Assembly (NCBI GenBank): GCA_012862495.1
Contig: BLSG01000370.1
Location: 34,893-98,892 of the forward strand
Reading direction: 5' to 3'
Length of the DNA: 64,000 nucleotides
Origin: Thraustochytrium aureum
Taxonomy: Eukaryota
The notes beneath the pieces were generated by a model. That model worked only from the letters and a program-made list of their open reading frames with translations, was not told where the DNA came from and ran no database searches. Position numbers and translations under genes: made by a program. This document shows, piece after piece, positions 1 through 13,642 of the stretch (its first letter is position 1; the number at the start of each line of letters is the position of its first letter).

Positions 1-346
1 GGAATCTCAGATTCTCGTGTGGTGCGTGCGCGCGGGAGCGGCAGAGCCCTATTGCGTCCAGGAGGCGCGCGCCGCGGGGCTGTGCGAGTGCTGCTGTTGC
101 TGGGTGGGGCGGCGGAGGATTTTGCGGTGGCGGCGAAAAAGCGGCGGGGGCGAAAAAGCGGCGGGAGGAAGGCTTGAGCAACCCGGCGGTCGCCAGACAG
201 TCCTCGGCAGTTCGTTCCTCGGGCCGAGCCAGCGAACTAGCGCGCCAAGGGCTGGGCACGTTGCGAGGTATCGAGGCCGGACGGGTTGGTGGCCGTGCGG
301 TGCAGGCACAGGTCGGCAGGAGCACGAGAGTTGGCCGTGCGGCGGG

Positions 347-2524
347 ATGGCCGCTGGCAGCCACGTGGCCACGCGAAAGCGCCCCGCGCTGGCAGTGTAT
401 AATGGCGAGTACGAGGCCATCGCCACAGTGCTAGAGGATGACGCGCTCCTTCCCGACAAGGACATCGTAGACGGACTGATGCGCCTGAGCCGCGACAAAC
501 AGCTGGAGTGCCTGCGGTGTAGCAAAGAGACCGTCAGTGAGCTGGTGCAGCAATACAGCCAGGACATCAGCTGCTCCGGCTGCGTGAGGACGCTGAAGGC
601 GAGCCTCGCATTCCCTGTCACAAGTCAAGGCCTCATGGCGGCGTTCTTCAAAGAGGACGGCGCCGGAAACATCGAACTGGATGACTCGATCCAAGTCGCC
701 CCAGAAGTCGAACTTGGGCGCCTCTTCGCCGCCTTCAACGCTGGCAACTACTTTGCCGCAAGGGCCAGGCGCGCCGTCAACGCTGTTCGCTCCACACAGC
801 CCACCCGCGTATCGACGAGGACTGGCTCCACGTCTGGGAGGACATGCACGTCACTCTCCAACAGCAGGTCGCCTATCTCGACGTGGACGAGCTCTCAGAC
901 GCCCTTACCACCCACCTGAAAAACCTCTACTTTTGCCGCGACTGCCGCGGCAACGTACTACGCGCGCTGGACCTGCTCGTCGGTTACGTCGAGCCCGAGG
1001 ACCTCCCCATAGACGAGGAGTTTTGCGAAGAGTACTTTCACCCCTTCTCCTTGTCCACGGAGGTGGACACCCAAGATGACGAAGCGGGCGAGGGTGGCGA
1101 ACCAAAAGCCGGCCAGCGCGAGCGGGACGGAGATGGGGACAGCCTTGGGCGCCTCGACGACGTGGACGATGACTTTCCAGCAAACCTCGACGATTACCTC
1201 GTCGTGGCGCCAAACTCGGTGGACAGGCAAGCGAAAATATACCGCCCGTCCCGCACGACGGGTGCATACGACTCTGACAACTCCGACGGGTGCGCCTCGG
1301 ACGAACATGCGGCATCGAGCGACGCGGGAGGGCTCCACGGAGCCGACTGCGCATGTGAGGACGACCTCATGGGCGCCGAGCCCACAGACCACTTGCACTC
1401 GCACTCGCACAGCAACCATCACGGCAACACCTGCGAGCAAGAAAACCGCGCGCTTGCGCTCACGGGGGGTACCAGAACCGGCCCAGCCGGCATGCAAGTT
1501 GGCCCGCTCAACGGGACAGACCTGGCTTGCTTGTACGAGGAAGGCTCCTGCGACGACTCGGACTCGGACTCGGGCTCCGAGTTTGACTATTGCCCTGCAG
1601 CCACGCACGTCTCGTGCCTCCTCGAAGAGGTTCCAGAGCTCGTGCGAAAGGCGATCGAGGCCGATGAGCGGGACGAGGCCTCGCGCGCGAACGGGCAGAA
1701 CAGCGACCGGCATGCGCCCACGCTTAAGGACGGCCAAAAAGAGCTCCTGCACTGCATCGGCAAGCTCCTGCTCTCGCGGATCAAAGAGCTTTGGATCGTG
1801 CAGCTCGTCCGCGCGCAGACCGACGAGCTCTTGGTGTGGCTCATACTTAGCGCCATGAGGACCAACGTGCAACAAGCGGTGCTCACGGACCGCGGCAACG
1901 ACGCGCTGCTGCTCCTACTCGAGGAGGAGGACCGCGAGAAACAAGCTGCCGACAAGAAGCGCACCAAGAAAAAGGGCAAGAAAAAGGCAAAGAAACCAAA
2001 GGCCCGCGAGGACAACGACAACGAACCGCCTGCGCCCCCCGCTGAAATACCCACCGCAAACAACAACAAAACAGGAAAGCGGACAGCTAGTCCACACGCC
2101 TCTCCTGCCGGAGAGCCCGCGGACAAGTGCAAGGATGACGTCCCCTCCCCGAGTTCCCAAGGCCAAGGCCCCGGGTGGTCGGAGGACTCGGAGGCGCGAC
2201 TCATGGCGCAGTTGTCAAGCCAGCTCCCAGAAGGCGAGCGCAGTCTCGGGGCTGTAAACGCTGCGCTGCAGGCCACAGCTCGCGCTGAGGCATCGGAGGC
2301 AAGTCTCGACTTTGGGCAGATGGCCGCCAGTCTGCGTGGCTTCGACACCGCGGGTATGCAAGAGGATTTTATGGACGGAGACGATGATGACGCGCTTACG
2401 GAAGAAGAAATTCGCGAGGCCCAAAAGGAGCTCGAGGCAATGATGGCCAAGTCGAGCCGCGAGCAACTTCGAGCCAATCTTCGAGAAAAAGTTCGATAAC
2501 CTGTGCCTCAAGACCAACAATTAA
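347..2524 (+). CDS. GGNBP2: Gametogenetin-binding protein 2 (ZNF403)-like protein; frameshifts near 760 and 2486-2490
   Basis: Motifs CSGCVRTL, RCSLH..WLHVWEDM (after frame change), LYFCRDCRGNVLRAL, RHAPTLKDGQKELLHCIG..LLSRIKELW and a Lys-rich KKRTKKK tract occur in GGNBP2 order. Removing one A from the run at 2486-2490 gives the ending LREKFDNLCLKTNN* (TAA 2522-2524). Confidence 0.8.
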
Positions 2525-2674
2525 CGTTTTACAGGTCTCCCTATCTCTTGGCGCTGAGAGTTGGCCAGGCCAACGCCAGCTAGCTTGTCGCCTCCGCATC
2601 GCCTTCGGCGGCCAGGGAGGCAGCCTCGCTCGGTTGGCACGGCTCGCCGTTCCACACGACGAGTGACTGGGCCC

Positions 2675-4644
2675 TCATTGACCAACCGAGTTCTGAAAGA
2701 TTGTGGTCGCCCCAACCAAGGTCCAATCTCGCTTCGCCATCGCTCTCCGAGGTGTTGTAGAACACGCTGCCGAAGAGGCTGGCTTTGCAGCAGGACGACA
2801 CTCCTGACACAACGACCTGGCTTGCAGATCTGACGACTGCGCCGCGTTCGCGAAACCCGCCACCCTCGTGCGCGGAGAACGCGCCAATGCCAATTGAGCC
2901 TTCCACGGCTTCGCGCCAGGACGGCTGCCCAGTAGCGTGACCGCACATGCTTCAGGGTCTGCGGGCCGTCTCGGCTCGTGCTCCTCGGCGGCGCCTACTT
3001 TGAACCGGGCGAGGACTCCGCGATGGTCTGATGCCCAGAGCGGCGCCCTCGGGTGCTCCATTCCAACCACGGGGGGCTTCTCTGGAGGTTGTTGTTGTTC
3101 GACCCGGACCGGTTGCGCGGCAGCTTGCCCAACCAGACGCACCTCGACAGGCCGCACGGCCCGCGGGCCGGCAGTGGCCGCTCGCAGAGCCACAACGTCA
3201 ATTCGCTTTTTCGGGTTGTCGCTCGGGAACGTGAACGCACTCTGCTGATCCGCCTTGCGCCTGGACCGTGGCCATGGCTCGTCGTGCAGCTGCAGCCAGA
3301 CGTCCCTGAACGAACTGCCACCCATGGCTCCGTTGAACGCACGAAAGGCGAACGAGTCTGGTTCCGCATTGAGGTCGCTCATGACCAGCTGCGCGACGGG
3401 GCGTTCGGCGCCATGGTCGCGCTCCGCGTCCGCAAATGCGAGGATCTCGCGCACGGACCGCCGCTGGCTCGCCTCGTTCAGCGAGAGGTGCGCGGTGAAA
3501 ACGTCTACGAATCCAACGCCAGGGACATCTACTCGAGCGAAGAGGCACACCCGCTGGTGAAAGTCGAGAGAGCTGCCAGCTTCACGACTCAGGAGCTTAT
3601 AGCGCGATTCGACGATTGGGAAGCGCGACAGGATTGCCACGCCCTCGGCGCCGTTCATCGAGCCGGCCCTTCCAACGAACGCCATCGCGGGCTGGAATAC
3701 AAAGTACAGGTATCCGGACGGCCGGAGGATGTCGAGGAGGTGCTGGATCTGGCTCGGGCCCACGCCCGGGCCCAGAGTTGGGTCGAACCTCACCTCCTGA
3801 AGCGCGATTACCGTTGCCTGGGTTTCCGCTATAAGCTTCCCCAGCATCTCCACCCGCTGCAGGTATCGTTCGTCCCGGGCCTTCTGGCTCCAGAGCGCTC
3901 CACGATGCGGCATTGTGTTCCACACGTTGTAGCACAAAGCGGAAAACGACCTGCTTGCCCCTGGCTCAGGTTGGCCTCGCAGTTCAATCCCGTCGTGCGC
4001 AGCCGGCGCCGCAGGGCCGGGCTTTCCACGGCCTTTTGTATACTGGTAAAGGAAGCCGGACTTGAAACGCGGGTCCACGCGCACGGCGAGCCTGGCCCGG
4101 CCCCGCTGCGGTGACGAGACCTCAAGGTACCACAAGGTTCCTTGGCTTGGTGCGAGGAACGCTCCGATCTCATTCGCAGGTACCAGTTCGAGGCGGCTCA
4201 CTGATTCAAGCAAAACATTCTCGGCGTCTTGCCCGAGGCACTCTGCTCCTGCGGCGCCCTCCTGCGCACTCGCGCCTTCTCCATTGGATGCACATTGCAT
4301 TGGCGGGAGGAGGCTTTCCACGAGGTCGAGGAGCGCGCGTTCGCCGGCATGCGCTCGCCCCGTCACGTTGTACAAAAACGCAACACGCGAGACCCCTCCA
4401 AAAGCGAAAAGCCTGTCTTCTGCACGAGTTGGCTCCGCAAAGTTATCGAGCACAATCGGAGCCGTCCACCGCGGCGTGGACCGCTGCGCCAAGTCCTTCC
4501 TGCACAGCTCATGTTCAGCAATCAGCCCGCAAAACCCGCCGGTGCGCATCGGATGAGCATCCACCGCAGCGTCCAGCCCCGCCGGCCACCACTCCCACGC
4601 AGGGCCCACGCCGTCCCGCGGGCACTGACCCGCCATTTCCGCGC
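2675..4644 (-). CDS. Endonuclease/exonuclease/phosphatase (EEP) family protein; 5' part lost in N gap
   Basis: EEP motifs in order: CYNVWN, IALQEV, GVAILSRFPI, TAHLS, MSDLNAEP, TFP..KRIDVV, ASDHRGV. Confidence 0.82.
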
Positions 4645-5628
4645 NNNNNNNNNNNNNNNNNNNNNNNNNNNNNNNNNNNNNNNNNNNNNNNNNNNNNNNN
4701 NNNNNNNNNNNNNNNNNNNNNNNNNNNNNNNNNNNNNNNNNNNNNNNNNNNNNNNNNNNNNNNNNNNNNNNNNNNNNNNNNNNNNNNNNNNNNNNNNNNN
4801 NNNNNNNNNNNNNNNNNNNNNNNNNNNNNNNNNNNNNNNNNNNNNNNNNNNNNNNNNNNNNNNNNNNNNNNNNNNNNNNNNNNNNNNNNNTCCTCCATCC
4901 TGCTGCTCGACCAACAGCCGGTTCCTCGTGTTCGCTGTAAAGATCCGTTAGGTCCGTTACGATTCGCGGCGCTTCTCCTTCCTGAGCGGGGAGGATGATG
5001 TGCTGCGCGCCCTCTCCCGCTCCGAGCGGCCGTGCGGCGCAGGACTGGACGCTCGTGAAGGCCACTCTGCTGGACGATTGGCCGGCTGACCCACTGGCTG
5101 GCCGGATGGTCGGGCTTTGGCTTTGGTTTTTGAACGGCGGAGGGAGTGGGCCGACATCGACGGGGCGGTCTCGCCACGAGCTTGAAGTGGGCGCCCTCTT
5201 GGCAAGGCGAGGAATGCAGTGCGGCTGCGAGTTTTCTGGCATGTGGATGTGAGGCGGTCATGTTTGGTTTTGGGCAGAATGATTCACGAGGAACGCGAAA
5301 CGCAGGCGCCAGACGGACTCTGCTGGGGAGCACGGTCGATTCCCCGGAGGGCTTTCGATTTGTGGATCTTCAATCAGAATCAGAAAGGTGCACCAGAGAG
5401 GCCTTCCGCGCCGTGGACAGTTGCGTCAGCGCTACGGCGAGCGACGGCCGAGTGGACGGCGCCAGGCGATCCGCATTGTCGATTCGTAGCGCGCGCCGTG
5501 GATCCGTCGCGTGGCGCAAAGCTAAGGCTGCAGCGCGTCCCGCGGGCTGTGGGAAGCCGGCGCAGCATAGCGAAGTACAGCGTAGCGGAGCGTGTCGTAC
5601 AGGCTCTGGGGCCGCGGTCTCGCCAGGC

Positions 5629-7388
5629 ATGGATGATCAAGGAGCACCGCGCGAGGCCAGACAGTCAAGCGGAGCGAGCGCCGCGCAACTGCAGCAGAGC
5701 CAGTCAACCCCATGCATAAGCGCGGGAGCCGCAGCAGACGAGGGAGGCGGCCTCCACTTTCCCCCGCGCTATGACGTGTTCGGGCAACAACTACCTGTGG
5801 GCAAAGGTGCCGGTCTTGGTCCAAGACATATCCTCGCTGGCACCGCCACGGGATCGAGTGCACCCCCACATTGGGAGCGCGACCCGAAACACTCGACGAA
5901 AAGCGAACTTTTTGAAATGAGGCGCAACGCAAACCTCCAAGAGCTCCAGCGAGTCCAGTCAGAGATCCGCATCAGGACGAGGGAAGAGCTCACTGGCAGC
6001 AAGCAAGCGCGAGAAGTGCTGGCAGGCAAATATTACGCGGCAGACCGCCCGGACGTCAAGGCCCGCTCGAAACTGCTGCAAAGCCGGCGGCAGCAAAACT
6101 TGCTGGACCTTCAGGCGCTGGGAAATGGGTGGGTCCCGCGGGAAGTGAAGGCTGTGGAGCGCTTTGCCGCATTGGGGGCCGCCCGACCTGGCTCGCCAAG
6201 CCAAGTCTACGTCGTCCCAAGCGCGATTTGCAGCGCTGGATCCGCGAGCAACAACAACTTGGAGGCTCCAGCCCACGCCGATTTCGCCGACTTGCTGGCG
6301 CGCCCCGGCCACAAACAACGGCGACGTGCAGCACCATGCGGGCAAAGAGCACTGCAATTGGACCGAAACTAGAAGTTATTCGAGACCGGCCAGCTGCACC
6401 GAGCCTGACATGGGTAGAGACCACGCGAACGGCAAGCGCAATGCGGCTGGAGCGTCGTCGCCTTGCGCACGAGATCTGCGAGTCTGCTGCTCGAAAGCAC
6501 GAGCTAAATCCTGTCAAGCGGCCGCCGAGATCGCAACGCCCGCGCGAGCTCGGACCGCTCTCCCACATGGAGACAGAGCAAAACGACTTTGGCAAAGATT
6601 CCAAGCTGCAGTTCGGCTGCCGTTCGCGGGCAGAGCTGCTGGACAGTCGACGGGAGGAGCAGCGCCAGGGTCTGGAGCAGGTCAAGCAAGCAACGGATGC
6701 GCGAGGCCAGGAGCTTGCTCGGCAGATTAGTGAGCCCATCCTGAGCAGCTCGGAACCGTGGTGGCACCAGTCTCGCACTCCAGAGCAGCGGGCGGAGGTA
6801 GCCACCAAGCTCGCTCGGCTTCAAGTAAAGTTCGACGCTCGCGTGTACAGCGTGGCGGACGACCCGACGGGCTCTGGTGCATTTCTAGGCGATTCGTTGA
6901 AGCTGAAGCGTTCGAAATCCTCTGTCGCGCCAAAAATCAACCAGCTCCAGCGCCACAACCTGCGCAAGCATAGCGTTCAGCGGCATGTCACACCGAGCCA
7001 CTTTACAACGGCAGCGATTGAGTTTCGTAACTTGGACGTTAAGCCCGCGCTGGACGACAGGGGCAAGAAGCTCGAGTTCGAGCCGGGGGAGACAGCGCCA
7101 GTGTACAGCAGCTTCACCCCGGACGGGATCTTCTTGGACCGGGAGGAACGCTCGCGTGTGCGGTTCCAGATGATGGAGCGCGAAAGACTTCGCCGAATCA
7201 GCAGCTCGCTGCCGCTGAGAACGTTTCTTGTCTTCAAGGACGCGAAGCGGCTTTGTGACGCGCCAAGCGGCGAAACGATCAATGAGGGCCGAGTCGATGC
7301 AGTTGCTAGTCTCGTGGGGATCCGCAGCCAAGAGAGCTTGTCTGCGGCAGTGCGGACAGGTGGTTTTCAAAACATTCTGAAGGGGTGA
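5629..7388 (+). CDS. Hypothetical protein with recurring [TS]x[SA]ELL..RR motif; probable frameshift near 6175
   Basis: ATG at 5629. Overlapping long ORFs 5146-6372 and 6129-7388 share a repeated motif, and a G run at 6174-6178 could join them. Confidence 0.45.
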
Positions 7389-7792
7389 CAGCTTGCGGTG
7401 CGGAAAGTAGTTGATGCGATGCGATGTATGTGACGGAACGCAAGTTTGTTTTCAGTTTCCATCTGGGCTGGCGCCGCAACGAAGAAGCGCCAACGAATGG
7501 GGCAGCCGTGGTGCAAGTGACCGTGCCCGAAGGAGCAAAGATGTGGGTGGATGCACTTTCAGCAATCGCATCCACCCCGTCGGCACTGCCCAACACCAAG
7601 GGCGTGGAGCCAAACTGAACCTCGTCTGTTGACTGTCCATGGTGGTTTTTAAACGCCGCGCACGCACGAGCGGACGGACAGTTTTCCCTGGATTTGCACC
7701 ATGTTTTAAAGAAGTCCTTGTCTTCATGAACAGTATAGTAGAGTTAGTATTGGTACTTCGATAGGAGATTCATCCATCAACGAGCTCGAAGG

Positions 7793-10700
7793 CTATTCAT
7801 TCGTTGCGTTTCGCCGAGGGCTGCCAACAGTCTTTGCAATGGCGTCAGTGACAGCGTCGCTGGCAACTTCCCCGGCAACTGCCCCGACATCTTCGCTTGG
7901 AACATGACGCTGCGCCGGGTCCGCACTTGCAGGGGTTTGGCCCTCAGTCTCAGCTTGGTCAGTCTCCTCAGCCTCGTCGACTGGACTTGAGTCGCTGAGC
8001 GCTTGGACGTCCGCCAGATTCTCAGCGGGCTCACGCGCCACCATCGCAGGTACGACTTCCGACGAATCTCCGGCGACGGCAGTCGAATCGACGCTGGCGC
8101 CTGGAAACCGTCCCGCTCGATCTTCTCATTTATCTTTCTCGTGATTTCTTCAAGCTTGCGGCGCTGAATGAATCCGCGCATTGAAGACTGGACAAGCATG
8201 ATCCCGTTCACTTGAGCCGCGTTGTACAATATGCAATCTTTGCTCGTGCCCATGCGCTGAAGCATTTTGCTCTGGTGGTTGTTCTTTTGGTCCTTGATCC
8301 TGAGAATCATCTCGTGCTCGTCCGGGAGTTCAATCGTGGGCATTGCCGCGGCAGTCATCTCTGTCAGCACATCGTTGAACGCAACTGAGCCCCGAATCGA
8401 AGGCACATCGATTTGGCGTATGAGCTGGTTGGCAAGCTTGCGCTTGGAGCGACCCTTCGCGACCGATTCGGGCGTATCCTTCACGCCCAGCGGAAACGGA
8501 ACATTCTGGATCAGCTTGGGAAGCACTTGCTCGGCGATAAACATGGTCCCCTTCGGATCAAGCTTGCTCCAGGCCTCCTTGAAGGCGTCGATGTGCTCCG
8601 GCGTTACTGCGTTCAGACACATCGCCGAATTGTCGGCAAACTGGTCGAGGACGATGGCCGTAATCATACTGAGCATGACGTAGGCCGAAAACAAAAAGTA
8701 GCTCGTAAAGTACAGAGGAGCAACCACAAGGTAGCCGCAGTTGTCGTCGGGGTCGCAGTACGGCTCCTGAATCATGCAGTCGTGCATGATCCCGTTGAAG
8801 CTCTCCCCTGTAGAGACGCGAAATAGTAGCGCCATCGACGACCAGAACGTCTTGAAGTTGGCGTCGTCGTTCAGGAGCTCGCCGGGCTTGATGCTTGAAA
8901 AGAGGTTCATTCCCAGGATGCTGTAAATCAGCATCAGAAGGCAAAATATGCCCCCGACGTTTAGAATCGAGGGAATCGAGTACACCAGCGTCTGGAAGAT
9001 TGCGAGAAGACCGGGCGATGTGCGCACCAAACGAAAGATCCGCCCCACGCGGAACACGCGAAGGAGCGACGCCATGGGCCCGAGCCCCCCAATGTACCCA
9101 AGCCAACCAAAGATCACCAGGGTGAAGTCGAAGATGTTCCAGCCAGCGCTAAAGTATGCCTTTAGGCCCAGCCCGAACTGCTTGACGCCGGCTTCCCCTG
9201 TGAAGAGCGCGAGGAAGACGATGTTCATCACTTTGCTGACTTGCCGGATGTCTGCGTCGGTCTCGGCGCCGCCCAGCATCATCATGAATGTGTTGAGCAC
9301 AATCACACCCATGATGAAGACTTCGAACCGTTCCGAGGTAACGAGCTTGAACGCGGCGCGGCGAAACGGGTCTTGCGGCGGGTCCACGGGCCGGATCGGC
9401 TTTTCGTTGATCGTGCTCTTCATCATATCCACCCAAGCCTTTTGCTCTGGTGTCAGCAGGCCGCCGTCCTGCGTGTCTTTCATCTGATTGAAGCTGTCGA
9501 TGATGACACCAACAAACACGTTGATCATCAGGAATGCACAAACCAAAGTGACTAGAATGTACCACCATGCCACGCTGGTGTTTTCGCGGTGGGGCCACTC
9601 GAGCATCGGCAGATCCGGGCCATTGATATCCAGTGTCGAGTACATGATATCGGGCCACATCTCCCCAGTGACGACTTCGAACACGACAAGGAGCGACTGT
9701 CCCACATTGTCAAAGTTGTACGGTGCGGCCTCCCGCGTTCGGCCCCCACATGCGCGGGAAGCCCACTCTGCCATCCGGACCAACCACTCCAAAGCCCGAA
9801 CCCTCCAGGCAGGTTTGGCAGCCGCCGGTCCCGTTGGTGAGACAAGCCTCCACGAGATTGTCCGTGGGAAGGACCCAGCAAGTGTCGAGGCTTGGAAACC
9901 AGACCAGCGGCTGGTGTCCGTCTGGTACCTTGTTGCCGTGGTAACCGACGCAATCTACCATCGTCGGGCCCTCCACGCCGGGGTCGTTGCACGAGTTTAG
10001 TCCACCACTAAAGTTCTGCACACCAATGATGGCGAAAATCAGCATGAACAGAATGGAGACGATCGTCACGTTGGCGATCGCGGGAATCGCAGCGATAATC
10101 GCGTTGACGACAAGACGCATCCCAGGGCTCCTGCTGATCACGCGGAGTGGGCGCAACGCACGCAGGGACCGCAGGGATTTGAGTGCCTTGATCGCGCCTC
10201 CGTCCAGGAATATGCTCAGGATCGAAACGATTACGATGATAAAGTCGAGGACGTTCCACCCGTTCCGCAGGTACGAGTCCGAGTGTCCCACAAAGCCAAG
10301 CGCAATGCATTTCAGAATCAGCTCGATGATGAAGAGGGTGTTGAAGACGAGGTCCGCGGTGTACAGAAAGCTCCACAGCCACGCGCATTCGGAGCCAGAA
10401 GGCTTGCACTTGCCCTCAACCCACGGTTCCTCGATGGCAAGGAGAACGGTGCTGAGTCCGATGAGGAGCAGGATGAAGTTGTCGAACTTGGTGCTGTTGA
10501 TCAGCTTGAAGGCGGCTTGCCGCAGTGGCATCTCTGGCGCGAGTATGAAGAAGGCTTTGGCCTCCGGGTTCATCTTGAGTTTGTTGGGGTTTTTGATGAC
10601 GACCCTTTCTTCGTCGTCACCTTGCTCGCCAGCATCAGCCGCCGAGCCGGCGCCAAGGTGCCTCGCGCTGTTCAGGCTCGCGCCGTTTTCTTGCCGCGGC

Positions 10701-13351
10701 GACGCTTGGGAGACCACAGTCGGGGCCTCGGTGGCGGTTTTTGCAAAGCCCTCGTCTGAGGGCATCGGCGCAACCGCGGAGGCGCTTAATCGCGGCGGCT
10801 TTGGGCCGCCGAGCGCTTTGTCTTCGCCGTCAGCGTCTTTAGCATCTCTGACAGCAGCGGCGGCGGCTTCTTCTGCAGCCTCTTCTTCGTCAGCGGTTTC
10901 AAATCGCGAGAGGAGGATGGCCAGAAACAAGTTGAGAACCATGTAGTTGCCCACAAGGTTGAGGCTGACAAAGTAGACCCAGGAGATCTCGCCGTTGACT
11001 CTCTTGCCGATGTACATGACCTCGTTCCAGTTTTCACCAGTGAGGATTTGAAACACGGTGACAAACCCCCACCAGAAAGAATCGAAGTTGGGCCGCGGCG
11101 TGTCCGCACGACATGCCTCATAGTCAGTGTCGTCCTCACAGAAATACGACGCCCTCCAGTGCCCGCCAAAAAGCTGCATTCCCAGCAGCGTGAAGATGGA
11201 CATGATAATCACCAGCAGGATTGCTGCGTTGGTGACGTCGAGGATCGACATGAGAATTGTGCTCAGCAATTTGCGCAGGTTCTTCCACGATCGAGCGAGC
11301 TTGAAGACGCGCATCAATCGAAAGGTGCGCAGTGCCCCAAGCCCGCTTCCACCACTTTCATTCGAGTCAAAAATGAGCTCAACCAGGCTGACGGTCACGA
11401 TCATAAAGTCAAAGATGTTGAACGGGTCGCGCACGTACTGCCGGGGTCCCAGCCCTACAACCTTGAGCACCAACTCCGACGTGAACGCCACCGTAAAGAT
11501 AACGTTGGTTACGGCGAGGAAGGCCACCATTCCATCCGACATACCGTGCGACTCCATGGCGAGCGTGACGGTGTTGAGCACAATCAAAAGCGTGACGAGG
11601 TTGATGAAGGTGGAGCCTTGGACCAAATTAAATATTGCGCGAACGGGAGCCGGGCCCCACGGTTTCAACTCCAAGACTGCTGCTCGAGCCTCGGCTTCCT
11701 TCCTTGCAGCCTCCTCATGGGCTTCTGCGTTGGCAACCCGCGCCGCCTCCGTCCCGGGTTCGTGCGTATCGAGCTCATCCTCGAGCATATCCTCGACCGC
11801 CTTTCGCACGCGCTCCATCTCATCCTCTGCCGCCTGGTCGTAGGCGTCATTGATGACCGCAAGGGTGAGCTCGAGCATGAAAAACGAGCAGATCCAAACC
11901 ATGACAAAGAAGTAGGAAAAAACCACCAACGAGTGCCCAAACGTGGCTTGGATACCATACATGGTGTCGACCCAGCCTTCGAGCGTAATGCTCGTAAAGA
12001 TGGTGAGCCACGCGTAGCCAATGTTGTCAAAGTTGGCGTACCCGTCGCCAAGCTGATTCACCCCGGTGTCCAGACAGAACGACACAACCTTCAGAGAGGG
12101 GCTCGACACGTTGTAGAACTGTGTAAAATTCTCTGAGGCCAGGTTGACCTCCGTCAGGTTGAACTCGAAGCCTCGCCAAGGGATACTCTCTCTGTCGATA
12201 TCTGATTCGAGCGCTGCGCTGTACTGCTCCAAGAGCTCTCTGGGGAGCCAGACACTCCTCGATTCGAGCGGCGCGTCGGGCGAGGCAGAAGGATCAAACA
12301 AAGGATTCAGGATGATCGAGGGCCCGCGCATCGCGCACGACGCTCCGCTGAGCTCGAGGCAGTCCTCTGTCGTACGCGTCCAGGGATTCCATGAATTTTT
12401 ATCCTCCGCGAACTTTTGGTTGCAGGGCAGCGCGCACGGCATCTCGTCCGAGTCGAGAATGGTCATCATCGACATTGCCGCAACGGCGCTGTTCGTGGCA
12501 TCATGCTCGGCGTGCTCGTAGTTGCCGTTCCCGGTGGGGTCGACGTAGTGACAGCGACCGCGAAGCGTGCCCGAAAAGAGCTGCAAACCCACGATTCCAA
12601 ACACCGTGAACAAGAACAAACAGAGCATCAGCACGTGCACCATGCTCTTGATACACGCAATCATTGCGCTAACGATTGGGCGCATTCCTGGGATTGAGGA
12701 GAGGGTGCGGAGCGGGCGAAGCACGCGAAAAGTCCTGAGCACTGAGAGATTTGCCACGCCCGGGACGAAGGAGAGCCAGCTGAAGCCAACCACTACAAAA
12801 TCGAGAATGTTCCACCCGTTGCGGAGGTAGGTGCCCTTCCCGAAGACCAGCCCATGCGCGATGATCTTTATTGACATCTCGATGCTGAACATGACGTTGA
12901 AGAACATCTCTGCGCTGTCCTGGGTATCGCGCAGCACCAGGGACGCGCATCTGTTGTACGGGTCGTCTTCCAGGGAGCTTTTGTCGATGCAACACCGCGG
13001 CGCGTCGTTCGCGGACAAGAGCACATTGTCCATGTCGCAGAACTGCGAGTTGTCCCTCACGTCAACTTTAACCCATTTTTCGTCCGCGAGCTGCGAGTCC
13101 GTGCAGCAGGTTGCGAACGGTTCGGTCAGAGCGAGAAAAACGCAGTTCGCGATGATCAGGGTCAGCACAGTGTAGGTAAACACTGGCGATTCCGTGACGC
13201 GAAAGCACAGAATGCGTATGACGCTGTTCTTAGAGAATAAGCCCAGCGAGTTCTCCACGAGGTCCTGTCTTCGCTTTTTGGTCGACTTGACAACTACAGC
13301 GGGTGATGACGACCCATACGCACTGTCCAGCTGAACGCTCCCACCCGGCAT
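7793..13351 (-). CDS. Four-domain voltage-gated cation channel alpha subunit (Cav/Nav superfamily, EEEE filter); frameshifts near 9740 and 8050
   Basis: Four S4 helices (LRTFRVLRPLRTL, LRTFRLMRVFKLAR, LRSLRALRPLRVISR, LRVFRVGRIFRLVR). Pore loops TLEGW, TGENW, TGEMW, TGESF. C-terminal EF-hand-like FKEAWSKLDPKGT and IQ-like VQSSMRGFIQRRKL. Confidence 0.95.
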
Positions 13352-13606
13352 CTCTCGAATGCCAATGGGCCGGCCTCGTGGCGCTACTCCACGACCGCCG
13401 GGGCCGTGACGGCGCCACGCGGCTTCCGCGATGTCCCTCCAAAGCGACGCCTATGCGCAGGCAGGCGCGCAATCCGTCGCGCGGGCAGACACGCGAGAGC
13501 TGGGGCTCACGGGACGCAGCAGCTAGCGCTAGCGCGACGCGGCCGTCAGCAGCTCTGCGCCAGGCCGGCAAGACTCGCTCGCACCGCCTCGCAAGCGCAG
13601 CAACGT

Positions 13607-13642
13607 GATTGCTTGCTTGCTTGCTTGCTTGATTGATTGATT
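13607..13642. repeat. Compound (GCTT)n(GATT)n microsatellite
   Basis: gattgcttgcttgcttgcttgcttgattgattgatt. Confidence 0.9.

Noticed and set aside
8948..12136. Long antisense ORFs over the channel and other genes
   Set aside because: Expected shadow ORFs of GC-rich codon usage; no motifs.
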